Origin: Octopus bimaculoides
Lineage: Eukaryota
Direction of reading: 5' to 3'
Length of the DNA stretch: 64,000 nucleotides
Assembly: GCF_001194135.2 (NCBI RefSeq)
Contig: NC_068988.1
Location: 43,694,151-43,758,150 of the forward strand
The translations under genes and the position numbers were made by a program. Under the pieces are notes generated by a model. That model was not told the origin of the DNA and did not search any database. It saw only the letters and a list, made by a program, of their open reading frames with translations. Within the stretch, counting starts at the first letter, position 1. Every line of letters begins with the position of its first letter. Below are positions 39,830-54,710 of this stretch, piece after piece.

Positions 39830-40260
39830 AACGAGATTGGTGCGGTTGATGTTCAGCTGAAACATTTATAGTTCAATGTTTGTAGAAGGACTATTGTTGG
39901 AAAAGAACTTCTAGAATTGCCCAAACTCACGAAGGAAAGAATGAGTGTTGTGTTTATCGCGAAGTCTGAGATGTGTGGTACAGTAAAGTTGGCGGGAGTT
40001 GGAGAGGGTATGGCTGGATGGACAGAGTACACAGTTTGCTAATTCAGGAGGAAGTAAAGCCTTTTTAAAAAAAAGAATAGAAGAGAAAAGCCAAAATCTG
40101 CACGTCTGTTCATGGATGCAGGTTTTTGGGTATGTTAATCAATGTTAATTTAATGGCCTTGTGTGAGGAGTAGTCTAGAGTGACTGCGTTTGCAACATTC
40201 GCACCGTTCAGAAACGAACAGTACTTAAGCATGCATGTTACACGATTTGACGTTGTTACT
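39830..40260 (-). mobile_element. Decayed CR1/Jockey-group LINE ORF2 3' end
   Basis: Broken translation includes SHTLSN../HSFF../MFQLNINRTNL, resembling CR1-group C-termini. Confidence 0.5.
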
Positions 40261-40487
40261 GCTGCTGTTGCTGTATAGCCTCATTTCCACTCTGACTGAG
40301 CAGAGCTATGAGGAAAAGTGGCTCACTATCATCATCTAGGTATTTTTCCACCACATATTACATTTAAGACTACATTATCCAATCTTCAGGCCTTTCAACA
40401 TAGTAGGGTGTAATTAGAGAGCTAATTGGTTGCTATTTCTAACTAAATGCAACGCAGCATATCAGCTCTCATTATGTCTTAATTCTT

Positions 40488-40849
40488 CTTTTACTTGTTT
40501 CGGTCATTTTGACTGCAGCCATGCTGGAGCACCGCCTTTAGTCGAGCAAATCGACCTGAGGACTTATTCTTCGAAAGCCTAGTACTTATTCTAACGGTCT
40601 GTTTTGCCGAAACGCTAGCATACGGGGACGTAAACACACAAACATCGGTTATCAAGCGATGGTGGGGGACAAACACAGATAATATATATATATATATACG
40701 ACGGGCTTCTTTCAGTTTCCACTCAGAAGGCTTTGGTCGGCCCGAGGCTATAGTAGAAGACATTTGCCCAAGGTGCCACATAGTGGGACTGAACCCAGCA
40801 CTATGAGGTTGGGAAGCAAGTTTCTTACCACACAGCCACACCTGCGCCT
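40488..40849 (-). mobile_element. SINE family A, near full length
   Basis: Colinear with 552-954. Confidence 0.9.
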
Positions 40850-40983
40850 ACATAAAAACGTTTTTGTCGTTGTTTATCCTCAGGTTAGCTTTGATATATT
40901 AGAGAATTCATAAAAAACAACTTTGGTGCCGTATTTTTGTTAATATCTTTTTACTGATTTAGAGACAGACAGACAGACAGCTT

Positions 40984-41048
<65 letters not shown>

Positions 41049-42378
41049 GTAGATAGTATCTGAGATAATATTATTTAAACTGTCCTCCCCTTTTTGAAAA
41101 TGGAAGTATATGATTTGATAAAGAAACTTGTTTGCTATCTCTTATTGGTTAAATGATCCCGGAGGGGCTTAACTCATTAACTTATCAGGAGATTTGGTAA
41201 TTAGCTCTCTTATATAATTTTTTAAATCATTCAGTTATGTTATGGTGCTAAGTGGGAGTATTTCATCAATAAATACGGAAACCTGGCAAAAACAGGTGAA
41301 TGTACAAATTTCGCACAGTTTTTAGTTTAGTATCTCTAGTTTCTAAGTTCAAATTACATTAGTGTACTTTTTCTTTTCTTTTCCGCTAATACTTGTAGAA
41401 AAGTATCAGAAATATACTACGGTCAATTCTACTTATATACCCAATTTGGTATACTACTTCAGCAAAATATATCGTTATTTCCAGTCACCAAATAAATTAA
41501 ACAGTTCTTGTCTTTGCTCTAGTATTTTGCTAATCTGTATTTAAATCTTCCGTTCTCGCACTCATATTAAACTTTTCTTTATTCTTCCATCCATTCGTAG
41601 ATTCGTTGATTTATTTATTTCTCAATTCCCTTATTCGTGTATTCAATCTTTTTTTCATTCATTCACTCCGCGATTCCTTTAATCGTAAACTCACCCATTC
41701 CTTTATCCGTTTCTTTGTTCATCATTTCTTTTATTCGTTCCGTTGTTCAATCGTTCGTCCATTTATTCATTCATTCATTCATTCATTCATTCATACATTC
41801 CACCATTCTTTCAATCGTAATTTGTTCGCTCTTTCCTTCATTTGTCCATTTGTTCGCATGAGATAAAGTTATTGTGTTTATTTTCATTAATTTCATAACG
41901 CTGTCATGCACGGAACGTAAAAATGAAAGAAAAAAAAAGCGAGGCAATATCTCCAGCAATACTGGTTTTGCTCCTATCGAGATCTGCTATCAAATAATGA
42001 AATAACTAAACAAACGGCAGGGGTGTTTGCATAAGAATCAGAGTATTCAATTCTATCTGGCAATATTTCTGAATAAAGACGATATCAGTTGTAATAAAAC
42101 ATCTCGTAACAATTTCAGATTGACGGTTAGAAAATCTATATATTTATAATTGAATCGTGGCGATATTAATTCAGTAACATTTCTCTTGATCTACTGCTAA
42201 TAGATCAATCGTGTTGAGATTAAACACTTTGATATAGATTTATTTATTTGTTTGACTCACACTGCTGACCATCTATATTATATCATAAGTTTATTTCAGT
42301 GGAATACAATTATTATATCCGACTTCGTTTTGCCAGTTTTACAGTCGTACATCGAAAGGCTTCAAATCGTTTTCTAGA

Positions 42379-42558
42379 GCAGGGTTTTTCAAATTTTTTT
42401 GTACTCAGGGAACCCGTAGGCTGGAAGAAAATTATTTTAACCTAAAAATGATATTTGGGAAAATATTATTATAGATGTGCTGCAAACGGGCAAATGAACT
42501 TTGTATTAGCATAATTCTGTTACCTTTCTTATATTAGTACTTTGGAAAATCCAACTTC
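42379..42558. mobile_element. Degenerate Charlie-like hAT MITE
   Basis: TCTAGAG|CAGGGTTTTTCAAA left end (Charlie-type target); weak right end TTTGGAAAATCC. Confidence 0.3.
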
Positions 42559-42592
42559 ACAACAAAGACATTAAGACATATATAATTCTGAA

Positions 42593-43145
42593 TATCGGTT
42601 TCAAATTTTGGTACAAAGCCAGCAATTTCGGTGGAGAAGGTAAGTCGATTATGTCGGCCGCATTGCTCAACTGGTACTTGTTTTATGGGCTTCGAAAGGA
42701 TAGACGGCAAAATTAACTCTAGAGCATTAGAACTCAGGATGTAAAGTCGGAAGAAATGCCGCTAAGCTTTTGTCCGGCACGGAAGCGATCTTGCCAACTC
42801 GCCGCCTTACTATAGTCCTAAATATTAAGACACACTCGAAGTCTTGATACTTGAAATGACAGATATTACCAGTAACCGTAAGTCAACTAGTATACTCAGT
42901 CTATTTTTAAATCTGCTTTTGGTATCTTCTTCTTTCCTACTCAAGGCACAAGGCCCAAAATTTTTGAGGAGGGGGCCAGTCGCTTAGATCGATCCCAGCA
43001 CGCAACTGATACTTAATTTATCGAACCCGAAAGGATAAAAGCCAAAGTCGACCTCGGCGGAATTTGAACTCAGAACGTAAAGACAGACGAAATACCGCTA
43101 AGCATTTCGCCCGGCGTGCTAACGTTTCTTCCAGCTCGCCGCCTT
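42593..43145 (-). mobile_element. Two SINE B copies (42593-42807 old; 42933-43145 young)
   Basis: AAAGTCGACCTCGGCGGAATTTGAACTCAGAACG and CCAGCTCGCCGCC ends. Confidence 0.88.
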
Positions 43146-43517
43146 CTGCCTTTGGTATCTTACGTAATATATGTTGTTGCATATCGCTTTAACACTTTTC
43201 AAGCTTCTGCACTTATAGTAGGTAGATGAAAAACTTAGGTACAGTAGGCAAGATACTCTATTAACTATGCAATCCGAACATTCTCAGTTTCACTCGTCAA
43301 AATCCTGCTTGGAAGTAAAATCTGATGTAATGTGTATCCACCTTAAATTTTCTTACCGTTTAATGAGTTTATAAATGGATTTGCAGCTTAAAATTGGTTT
43401 TCTGTTTCGGTTAGAAAATGGTCTGTTATATGATTTACAAATAACAATTATGGCAGAATAGGACCTTTTATAATTTAACCAACGCCTCTAGTGTTACTGG
43501 TGCCATGCATTGCAATA

Positions 43518-43740
43518 GAGGTGCATGGCTTAGTGGTTATGGTATTAGACACATGATCGTAAGTTTGTAGTTCCGATTTCTGGAGCGAGTGATGCGTTAT
43601 GTTCTCGAGCAAAACACTTCATTTCAAATTTCACGTTGCTCCAGTTCACTCAACTGATAAAACACATTCCAGGGAGGAATATATATACATCGGAGAAACC
43701 GAGAATCCGGCCCTAGGCTCCTTACGGAGTTTAGACTAAC
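43518..43740 (+). mobile_element. tRNA-derived SINE (V/CORE-like)
   Basis: GGTGCATGGCTTAGTGGTTA...GTTCTCGAGCAAAACACTTCATTTC...GTTGCTCCAGT, like 1294-1545. Confidence 0.75.
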
Positions 43741-45226
43741 CACCATGTATTGCAACATTAACCGCATTGAAATGAACATATCAGAAAAATATGTCATTTT
43801 TCCTTCCCACGCATCCAATACTGAATTTCAGTTTCGCTGGAAATTCTGAAATAATCAAATTTCTTTACGTAATTCGAAAAATCACGCCAACACATACAGA
43901 CTTCCTACATTTTCACATAATAAGCAGAATATCTTTGCATGTAATGGATTTGACTGAATATAATTGATCATTTCTACAGCGTCATTTTCAACTAATTTCA
44001 AATCTTGAAGCATACGTTACACTGCTACCATAATGAAGAGAATAGTTGATACTTTCAAATTTCTATATATGTTGTTTGTTGTTTTTTTTCCTTCTTTTTT
44101 ATTATTGCAAGAAAACCATAAATTTCCCTGCCGTATCTGCAGCTCCATCAGTGCAAATACTTGAACAAAATATTCACGAAATTAAATTTTTCCTGTAAAT
44201 GAATTATATGAAATATTGCTTCTCTGAAACAAGACTCTCCAAAAAAATGGCAGATTAATATGTTGTCTTCAATACTATTCATAAATACAGCGTACAAACA
44301 GAAGCAACATCCATGGATTCATTCATACGAAGAGAAAATGTTGATCTCACTTTAACCTGTCTTATCAACGCAGTTACACAAAATTTTCACATTTCATGAA
44401 CACACCATAAAACTGTTTTATTTGAAAGTGGCGATCTTTTTATCTATTTTCAATGTTTTTGAGATATTATCTCCAATACATTCCTATATACCTATACATA
44501 GTTGTTTTCTGAAATTTTGCCAACTTCACCTGCATTCGCTATTCGATAATCAATGCAGTATAAGACCAAAAAGTAAATAAATAAATAAACAGAAAATGAA
44601 AAAGGCGAAAATTTAGCTTTCCTTTAATTCAGTTCCAAGCACATTCTTTGATAATATTTCTTACTCGATTTAAAAAAAAAATCCGAATACGTTATCACAA
44701 CCAGTCCGAGTGAAACCATAAGCAATAAAAGTTTCATCGTACATTTATCTTGTTTTGATGTGGCCTTTGAAGATGAACTTACTGTTGACTCAAACTGAGC
44801 AACACTTCTTTCGTTCACATTGCTTGAGTTCTGCCTATTAATACTTGACTTATTATTGATTTTTTAAAACAATTTATCAATTGGCGATGTACAGAGAGTG
44901 TAATTATAATTACCCAAAGCATTTATCTTCACTATGCATACATCGAAAAAGTTACTAAACTATTTAACGCCAATACTGCGCACTATTTTTAATAACCAAT
45001 TAACATTTATTATTGCTTAAATTGAAAGCGAGTGAAAATTATCTTGCAGTATAAACTTGACTTGCCAAATTCTATCAGTTCAGTTGAATATATCTAAAAT
45101 TAATATTCTTACATCAAAACTAATTATTATTCAAGCAGAAGTTACTGTGAAAATCCTATATAAATTTACATTAAGTTTGTGTATTTGTCCTTGGCAGTTT
45201 TACTGCGCAATTGCATTTGTTGACGC

Positions 45227-45279
<53 letters not shown>

Positions 45280-45689
45280 CTGTATAATGATTGATGTGGA
45301 TGCATGTGGGTGTGGTAAGTGACTGACCGCTGGCTGAGTGTAAAACACTGAATATGATGGTGGTGGTGGTGGTGGTGTGAGTAGGGGAAAAAGAGAGAAA
45401 CAGAAGTTACTGGGAAGAAAATGGCATACCTTATACCTGTGTATATGTATATATTTATGTGCCTCTGTATGTGTGCGTGCGTGTGTGTACGTTGATTGCG
45501 TTAACAGTGTGAAGTGTGTTTATCTGTTTGAATATTTTTGTGTTTTCATTGCTTTAACGGTAGTTTATGTATAATTATTGCGTTGTAAGAGCACTAAACT
45601 GTTTTCATTTGTTTATTCTTTTAAGATTAGTGATGAAGATAAACGTAAAGACAATTTTAAAAAAAAACCGTTTCATTACAATTATCTAC

Positions 45690-45817
45690 AGGCGCAGACA
45701 TGGTTGTGTCATTTAGAAGCACACTTTGCAATCACGTAGTTTCGGTTTCAATCCATCTATGAAGTACCAATGCCTTGTGAGTGAATTTGATAGGCGAAAA
45801 CTGTGGAAGCCCGTCGC
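45690..45817 (+). mobile_element. SINE family A 5' part with internal deletion
   Basis: AGGCGCAGACATGG...GCCTTGTGAGTGAATTTG...GAAGCCCGTCG. Confidence 0.7.
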
Positions 45818-45877
<60 letters not shown>

Positions 45878-46591
45878 NNNNNNNNNNNNNNNNNNNNNNN
45901 NNNNNNNNNNNNNNNNNNNNNNNNNNNNNNNNNNNNNNNNNNNNNNNNNNNNNNNNNNNNNNNNNNNNNNNNNNNNNNNNNNNNNAAAAAAAAAAAAAAA
46001 AAATACGTCGCTCAAACCACCGATACACCGTAGGCTCATTTCTCTACAATCGGTGATATCTAATGTGGGATCCATTTTATCAAACCCTTTCTAGAAAGTA
46101 GTCTTAACGTTTACAGTCACTGTTATTGCTGTGGATTCTGTTGTTTAGCCCTCGGTCTTAGACTCAAATAATGAAATCTAGAAGAAATCCCATAATTTTT
46201 CTTTCTTTCTTTTCAATCACTCTCCACCTATGACTACAATGTGTTCAACACCATCATCATCGTCATCATCACCGATGAAACAAGTAGCAACACCACCACC
46301 ACCATCACCACCACCACAATCACCAGCATCCTAATCAGCTGCATCATCATCATCACCATCATCACCATCATCATCCTCATCATCATCAGTAACCGACAGA
46401 GGGTTACCAGCGAAATTTTCTACTCTCTTGAAGGGACATTGTATAATCATAATCAAAGTCCGAAAAACTTTAGGCATGAAATATATATATATACANNNNN
46501 NNNNNNNNNNNNNNNNNNNNNNNNNNNNNNNNNNNNNNNNNNNNNNNNNNNNNNNNNNNNNNNNNNNNNNNNNNNNNNNNNNNNNNNNNNN

Positions 46592-46680
<89 letters not shown>

Positions 46681-46759
46681 TGTATATATAAGTGGTGTTT
46701 ATCGTTGAAAAATTTGTTCATCTTTGGTCTGCTCTGTCAGGTCTGATTGGAGGCTAAGC

Positions 46760-47050
46760 AACAAGAACAACACCATCAAGACTGGCAAGATTCTTGCCAC
46801 CACTACTGCCATTCTTATCACCACCACGACGACCACCACCACCACCACCATCGTCTCAATCATCATCATCACGATCATTATTTTCATTCCCGTACTCACT
46901 ATCTTCTTCCTCAGCCCCATTATCGTCATCATCATCATCAGCAGCAGCAGCAGCAGCATCTCCATCAACACAATCATCACAATCATCTTTCTCGTCCTCA
47001 CCTTCCTCATCGCCAGCTCCATCGTCATCATCATTCGCACCGTCATGAGC
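46760..47050. repeat. Degenerate (CAT/CAC/CAG)n array; a similar array lies at 46245-46390
   Basis: Direct reading; ORFs are open in several frames, as expected for a repeat. Confidence 0.9.
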
Positions 47051-48067
47051 GTAGACACTTAAATACTTAACATCCCGGAAATATGTGATTAAGTGTTAGC
47101 GAATATGACATCCCTTTATACCCGGTCTCACTCACGTATACACATGGACACATAATCTCACACACACACGCTCGCATAGACAAATATTCGCAAACACGCA
47201 CGCACATACTCACATACATGCCTCCATACGCATAAAAAAATACAGAAGATAACCAAATAACAAAAAATAAACATACACACAGCACACATAAGAAGCAACA
47301 AAATTCAGACATTTTCTGTGTAATATCCTTTCAACAGTGTTCTACAACTTTTATCATTATTATTATTCTTTTTGTACCGAAGACCACCAACGTGGCCTCG
47401 TTACCAATGTTAAAGACCGCCCCCAATTCCTGAACTAACTCGACCTGTTCAAATATACTAATCAATGTTTTATTTTTGCTTTTTGTTTTGTTTTTTGTTT
47501 TTGTTTTTCTTTTTTTTTTACGAATTCCCTGCCGTTTTGAAAACGGAGACAATTGCAGATGTTTAGGTGTGTTTCTTGTAAGAATTATTTTTTATCTTCC
47601 CTTACCCTACGTAGCTGTCAGGAATAGATACAAGATTAATCTGGGAATTTTCAGTCTTAGGCCAGAGACTGCAATTTTTCATTTATTTCTCAGTTATACA
47701 TACCAAAATAATGAGAAAATGTTCAATCTCAGATAGTTAGTACCCATCAGTCAGTCAACCTAGCTGTTAAGAAAAAATTACCAGAACCAGTCGGGAATGT
47801 TCAACTTCATTCGGCAACTAGCTATCAAGAATATGTGCCAGAGAGATCTATCTAAAACTAAAGTCCAGCAGTCTAGATTCGTCTTGTCATGGTTAAACTG
47901 GATGACGGATTATGTCTAAAACGCATGGAAAGGATTGGTCGTTTATTTATAAAGCTACAATATTCTTCAAATAAATTTCACTAACGATTTGTGCGAACCG
48001 ATGTTATAGTAGAGAGAGAGAGACAATGTAATGACTGATCTGCTATTACTATTCATCTTGTCCAGAC

Positions 48068-48735
48068 GGCGAACTGGCAGAGTGTTAGCACGCCGGGAAA
48101 ATTGCTTAGCGGTATGACATCCGTCTTTACGTTCTGAGTTCAAATTCCGCCAAGGTCGTCTTTGCCTTTTATCCTTTCGGGGGCCGGGTGAAATACGTAC
48201 CAGTTGAGCCCTGGGGACGAAGTAATCGGCTTATTCCAACCCTACCCTCGGAAATTACTAGCCTTGCGACAAAATTTAAAACTATTATTAATAAACGGCG
48301 AGCTGGCAGAATCGTTAGGACGCAGGGAAAATTGCTTAGCGGCATTTTTTCAGGTTTTATGTTCTGAGATCCAATAACGACGATGTTGACTTTGCCTTTC
48401 AACCTCTCAGAATCGATAAAATAACTATCAGTTGAGTATTCAGGTTGATGTAATTGCCCAGCGCCTCCTCGCAAAATTTTCAGGACTTGTGCTAATTGTA
48501 GAAAGGATTATGAAGAAGGCAGTGAGCTGGAACAATCATGAGAACGCCGGATAACATGCTTTGCAACGTTTCTTTCTGCTTCTAACGTTCTTAGTTCAAA
48601 CGCCGCTGTGGTCGACTTTGCTCTTCATCTTTTCAGCGTCGATAAAATAGTACCATTTGAGCACTGGGATCGATGTAATCAACTAACGACTTTCCACAAA
48701 TTTCAGGCTTTATGTTTATAGTAGAAAGAATTATT
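48068..48735 (+). mobile_element. Three tandem SINE B copies
   Basis: Heads at about 48068, 48296 and 48520; each copy ends in an (ATT)-type tail. Confidence 0.88.
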
Positions 48736-50466
48736 ATTATTATTGTTGTAGTAGTTGTTATAAAGATCTTAGTAAGCATTGATTGACCAAGACATATGTA
48801 AGAAAGTATTTAAGCAGTGACTGTTGGGTCTTTTTTGTAAGCCATACTGTAATTCAGAATTACGTTGTCCAATATGTGTCGTTCCCTTTTTAAGACAGTA
48901 GGATGAGATTTGAATTAGATTTGTCTGCTATTTATAGCACATCAAGTGGCTATATACAGGCTCGCTGGATGTCTCAGTGGAGAGGAGATCACCGTAGATG
49001 TTTTGTTGTGTTTACAAGAAAGATAACTAAAACATCTGTGGTGGTCTCTGTATGGAAAAATGGGAGGGAAGTTGTTGAGGAAATACCCGAAGGTAAATTC
49101 AGATGAAGGAGTTTCCATATAGACACTTGACTTCTTCAGTAAATAAATGTTTATGTCAACAAACTCCCTGTAGCTCTTCGAATGAGAACCACATGATTTT
49201 GTTTTGTTTTATTTTTATAGTCTATTAGTCAGAGACGGAAGATAAGTACCCATGACCCTTTTCAGACTCTTTGAGGCTGACGGAAGAAAGTGGGGAAACT
49301 ATTTTTAAAGCGGAAACCTAGCCCAAATACTTGCAAAAGATAGGCCTTTCTAAAAGAGATCTAAGGACTGGCGGTGTCACTAAACCATTAATTGGATTAA
49401 TTGAACCACCTAACAACAAAAGCAATCTTATCGATAGGCTTTCACTTATCATATTTTACTTTCACAATGATTTAATCCGTTCGAGACTAGAGTAGAAGAA
49501 ACTTTTCTAAAGTGGCAGATACTGGGATCGATTTCAAAACTACATAGTTGTCTCCATTTCCAATAAAGATACATAGTGTACGGCTAAACTATATGACTAA
49601 TTTGTTTCTTTACTAGCTACCTTGAGCCGATTGTTGTGCAACAATTTGTACTGGGATTCGTAAACTATGAAACTGAAGCAACTGATATCCAATCTCAGTA
49701 TCAACAAATCAATTAATGTCAGCAGAAATAACGTTGAATGGAAGGAAACCGAAGTTCTGGTTTTAGTAAACTCCACAAAAGCCAATGGAGCATACCTCAA
49801 CTTACGTCGTTTCGAGTTACGTCTTCTTCGATGTTACGTTGTTTTTTTAAAGAAATTAATGGAAAAAAATAAACCTCAATTTATTCGATTTTATGCCGGT
49901 CTCAGCAGCGTAAAGATATTTTTTTAAAAATGATATTTAAAAGCATAAAAATTTTAAACATTTCAATACTGAAGTGGAAAATCAAATACAAGACGTGAAA
50001 ATATGTACGAACCATTTATTAAAACAGATACAAACTAATAATTTTTTTATCAGGTTAACCCATAAGTTCTATCCGAATTTTGAATAAAGAAAACAAGTGA
50101 TCAAATGTTATATTTAATTGAAATTTAATCATCAATGTACTTTCCCTGATTATCTATGACTTCCTTCCATCTATTTACAAGCTTTTTAATCCTGTCTGTC
50201 GTTCTCGTGAGTTACTGCAGCAACGATGTTCATCTCGCTCCGATATTTATTGCGTTTCCTATATAAGTCTATGAAGAAGTTTTATCGCAGACATCTCCAA
50301 AGCTTCAGGCCTTCAAACAGTGTGTGTGCATTTAGTATGATATACGCATGGATCTTTACCTGTCTGTCTGTCTATCTATCTATCAATCAACTTGTGTATG
50401 TGTGTGTGTGTGTGTGTATAATATATGTATGTTCATATGTATACATACATGCATACACACATACAT

Positions 50467-50953
50467 GAACTATTGAGGAATCTATAGCTACTCTATCCAG
50501 ATTACAAGTTCAGGTTTATACCTGTAACTATCGGGGTACTGGGATATGTAACACACTGCCTAAATACCAATCTTGAGAAATTAAGCTTCTCAAAACCAGA
50601 AAAGCCAAAGCTGATTTGAAGACTATAGATCCAAGCCATTAGTGGAACTGTAAAAATCTGTGAAACTTTCCAGAAGTTTATCATTTCAATAGACATGAGC
50701 GTCTACATATGCAACTATATGCATAAGAATACATGCATAAAACAAAACATACAGATCTGGACATATACATACACACATGCATGCATACATACATCCATAC
50801 ATACATACATACATACATACATACATACATACATACATACATACATACCCTGCTGATGTTGATGAAATTTCTGTGAAGGAGCTTTGGATCTAAGTTAAGA
50901 ATTGACCCTTTCTCTATTAGCAAAAAATCTTGAAATATAACCGAATAATGACA
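50467..50953 (+). mobile_element. R4/Dong-clade LINE, 5'-truncated 3' end, (CATA)n lineage
   Basis: ELLRNL*LLYPDYKFRFIPVTIGVLGYV...LEKLSFSKPE...IQAISGTVKICETF; 3' UTR colinear with 15230-15450; CATA-rich flanks on both sides. Confidence 0.9.
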
Positions 50954-52029
50954 AACATACATACATACATACATACACTTTGTACATACATGCATACATA
51001 CACTTTGTACATACATGNNNNNNNNNNCTTTGTACATACATGCATACATACACTTTGTACATACATGCATACATACATGCACTTTGAACATACACACACA
51101 TGCGAAAACATGCTGTCACTCTTTTCCGAAAGATTGGATTCTTTCATTTATAAAACTGACTTCCTTTTTGTATGTAAGAACTATTTTTTATTAGTTCATC
51201 CGTTAAATTAAAAATATTATCCTCAACGACCTTCATTTTGTCTTTTCGGTTTTTTCTCTTCCTTTTTAACTACCCTTTTATCACTGTTTTTCATTTTTAT
51301 ATTCTTGATTTATATATTTATTAGATAATCAAACATGTATGTCGAGTGTTTGCTGTTTTTTATTACATGAATGTAACCACTTAAAAATATTATTCTTTTT
51401 AAGAGATGTCAAACTAACATAATCTTGAATCATCTGTACTATAACATATGAAATGGAAGAAAATGTGGACTGAATTTTCATAAATTGCTATTTGTTTTAA
51501 AGAGAGGATTTTTTCTTCTTCAGTTTCATTAGAGGTGTCATTTAATTATTATTTCCTTGTTAGGCATTTTTCTTAAATATACATTTCATATATTTTTATA
51601 CATTTATTTCGCGTCAACTGGTTTAAACTGTATGCCCTTTTAATTAGAAATTGATTTATCAAAACCTAAAGAAGTTTGGATATACTAAGTTAGGATGTCA
51701 GGAAGTCTCTCTTTAGTAGAACCGCCATACCAAATGTAATCTGTCAAAGTTGATGACATCAACATCTTCAAGAATACCGAGAATTTCTTGTAACAAATAA
51801 TTAAAAATAAATAAATAAAACTGATGGGGGATTTACATAAGACGAAAATACTTCTTTTTCGCAGTTTTTTTTATTTTAATAATGGAATTGTAGCTTAGCA
51901 ATATCTTCTTAATTTAAATCATAGTCTTATAGCTGACACATCAATTACTGGGTTAGTAAGTGTACAAACCGAACGATCAGTGGTTCACATCAAATTCCAT
52001 GCTCTTAATAGATACACTTAACTTTTTTT

Positions 52030-52237
52030 CCTTCTGCTAGAAGCACAAGGCCGGAATTTTGAGGAGAAGCAAATTACTGCATCGACCCATTTTAAAACTG
52101 ATACTTATTTTATCGACCCCGAAAGGATGAAAGGCGAAGTCGACCTAAGTGGATTTTGTCCTCAAAACGTAAATAGCCGGAAGAAATTTCACTAAGCATG
52201 TTGCCCGGCATGATAGCCATTCAGCCAGCTCGCTACC
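52030..52237 (-). mobile_element. SINE family B; a further decayed copy lies at 52860-53040
   Basis: ATCGACCCCGAAAGGATGAAAGGCGAAGTCGACC. Confidence 0.85.
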
Positions 52238-52713
52238 ATTATAGCCATAAATAAATACCATAGTATTGGTATATGTAACAACACGACAGTCATGCTACAG
52301 AGCTGGAGCGTGTAAAAGGAATCTATTGAAATGTGACATTTGCTACTCAAATATTCTAGATTTTATACTTTCTCATATCCGTGTGAGTAGATGAAATTCA
52401 TTCAGCAGCACATAGCAATTTGTAGTAACAAAGCTGCAACATTAATTTTCTTTCCACTCACCCTCTCAATTACGCTGCTTTCATAACGGCTTCTCCCTGA
52501 AATAATACAGTTGCCTGCCACGTTTGAACCAATATCCACCCAGTTCTCCCAATTCATGTTCCCTACTACAACACATGTTCCCTAATACAACACATCCATC
52601 AAAATTTGAACGAAACATTTTGCCTGAGTTTTGCCTCTGGTAATCCCTCCCTACCGATAGTTTATTTTCTCTATAAAACACTTGCAGAATTCAAATTCAA
52701 CATAAACCACATT

Positions 52714-52798
52714 GACATCGTATATCTGATACGACATCGTATATCATATCAGCATGATATGATATGACATCGTATATCATATCAGTATGATATGATAT
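52714..52798. repeat. 33-bp tandem repeat of perfect hairpins
   Basis: GACATCGT-ATATCATATCA-G(C/T)A-TGATATGATAT twice, preceded by a partial unit. Confidence 0.9.
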
Positions 52799-54356
52799 CT
52801 GGTATGGAGATTGCCTCGATTCCTTGCTTAAATGGTTTCTAATACAGCTTTACAATCAGAAAGTTTTTTTTATGAGAGGGTAAGGTGGATTAAATCGATC
52901 GCAATACTCAGCTTATACTTTATTTTATCCACTCCAAAAGGAAAAAGTCAAACTCGACATTGGTGGTATTTTAACTTAGAAACGTAAGTCAAAACCGCAA
53001 AACTTTTTGCCCGTTCCTCAAACTGTTTTGAACTGTTCACCTTTTCTTTAGACTACGTGTTTAAAAAGTAATCTATAAAACCACCACCAGTCACTTAACT
53101 GGAGCCCAATATTGAATTATCCAGAATATTTCAACAATTTTCTGTTTTATATATTGACCTGTTTTTAGAAGAAATTTTGTATGGTTTTGTGCAAAACTTT
53201 TTCTGTCTGAGCGATCAACGCTTGACTGTTTTGCTGAAGATGCCATTTGTTCTCAGAAATTTAACTCTCCAATTTAGTTATACGGAGAAAAGACACAAGC
53301 CTTTTAATTACATGATAAGGAAAAATTCTTGCCGGATCTAACATCGAATAGAAATTTCGAAATTATTTCAATTCATTGATTATGTGACTACGCATCTTAT
53401 TACGTTATAATTCCTCGGTTTCCAAGACGAATTGGCGACAAAGATTATATTATTATATCGGTATTTTAATTGCTATTGCATGCTTTCTAAACACAACCGC
53501 TCCCAGCTTGCGTCTCCTTCAAGTATGTGCAGAATCTTTGTGTTGTTTTGTAGTTTTCTGCTGTATTGATATATTATGTGCTATAGGTGCGGTATAGATG
53601 TGTATAAGTCATGCAGTCTTGTTTACATTTTGTTGCCGAATTTTTCTAATTAAGCTCTTTATATTTGCATTGCTTCTTCATTTCAGTCTCCATTATAGTC
53701 GCTTTGTGAATGTTAAAGGATATTGGCAAAACCTGAATATTTACACACATAAAAAATTTACATCCATAGAGTAGCTATATATAACACAACGCAAATACAC
53801 GTAAAATTATCTTTTTGTTTGAATGTATCAGTATGTCTTACTGTGTGTTCAATTTTTCGTTTTCTGAGCCCTTTTGTGCGTTGTGTGTGCGTTGTGTGTG
53901 TGTGTGTGTGTGTGTGTGTAGTTGTGTGAGAAATCTTTTTCTGTGCACACTATATTATGGTGGTATTATCCGAAGACTTTAACCCTGTCAATTATGTAAT
54001 TTTGTTTATAGTCTCCGTTTTAACTAAAACTAATCAAAAGTTCTTGTTTTCCTGTTTAGTCTTGTTAATTAAATTAGTATCTAGTTGAGCGTATAATGGC
54101 TTATAAATGGAACAGCTAGAGAATTGCGATCTCTTGTCTAAGATTATGCATTTATCTATTTTAAGTATTAATGTAATTCATCTAAAATATTCCTTCCTAA
54201 AATGATCTTTCATTTATATGTGTTGAACTATGTCTAGTTAGTTGCTTCCAAAGTATTTTAAGTCTGTGCTTTATAATTTTGTCTTATCTCTGTTTATCTT
54301 ACATGACTTTGCTGTTGCTTATTCATATCTCTGGGTTAAATTTCATATTAATTCCA

Positions 54357-54530
54357 CTAGTAAATCCAGGCACTCTGTCGCAGAGATTCTAGTTGCTTAT
54401 AATCTACAGTATACATCTTGAGTTTATCCATATGCAAAGGACGATTAATTGTGCTCCAGCACAATTTGTATCCTAGATCAGCATGGTTTAACACGTTACT
54501 TAAATAAGGAATGGAGAAATGTTCCCTTAG
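54357..54530 (-). mobile_element. R4/Dong-like RT motif-5 fragment
   Basis: LSNVLNHADLGYKL..TINRPLHMDKLKMY..DYKQLESLRQSAWIY, a degenerate HLLYMDDLKLY..LESL. Confidence 0.7.
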
Positions 54531-54545
54531 AATATTTAAATATAT

Positions 54546-54710
54546 AGGCGTGGCTGTGTGGTAAGAAGTTTGCTTCACAACCACATGATTCCGGATTCAG
54601 TCCTACTGCGTAATACCGAGAGCAAGTGTCTCCTACTATAGTCTCAGGCCGGCCAAAGCCTTGAGGGTGAATTTAGTCGATGGAAACTTAGAGAAACCCA
54701 TCATATATAT
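54546..54710 (+). mobile_element. SINE family A 5' half
   Basis: AGGCGTGGCTGTGTGGTAAG...; interrupted in its (TA)n tract. Confidence 0.85.

Noticed and set aside
49790-49840. pogo/Tigger-like TIR word (CCTCAACTTACGTCG...)
   Set aside because: No partner TIR or transposase found.
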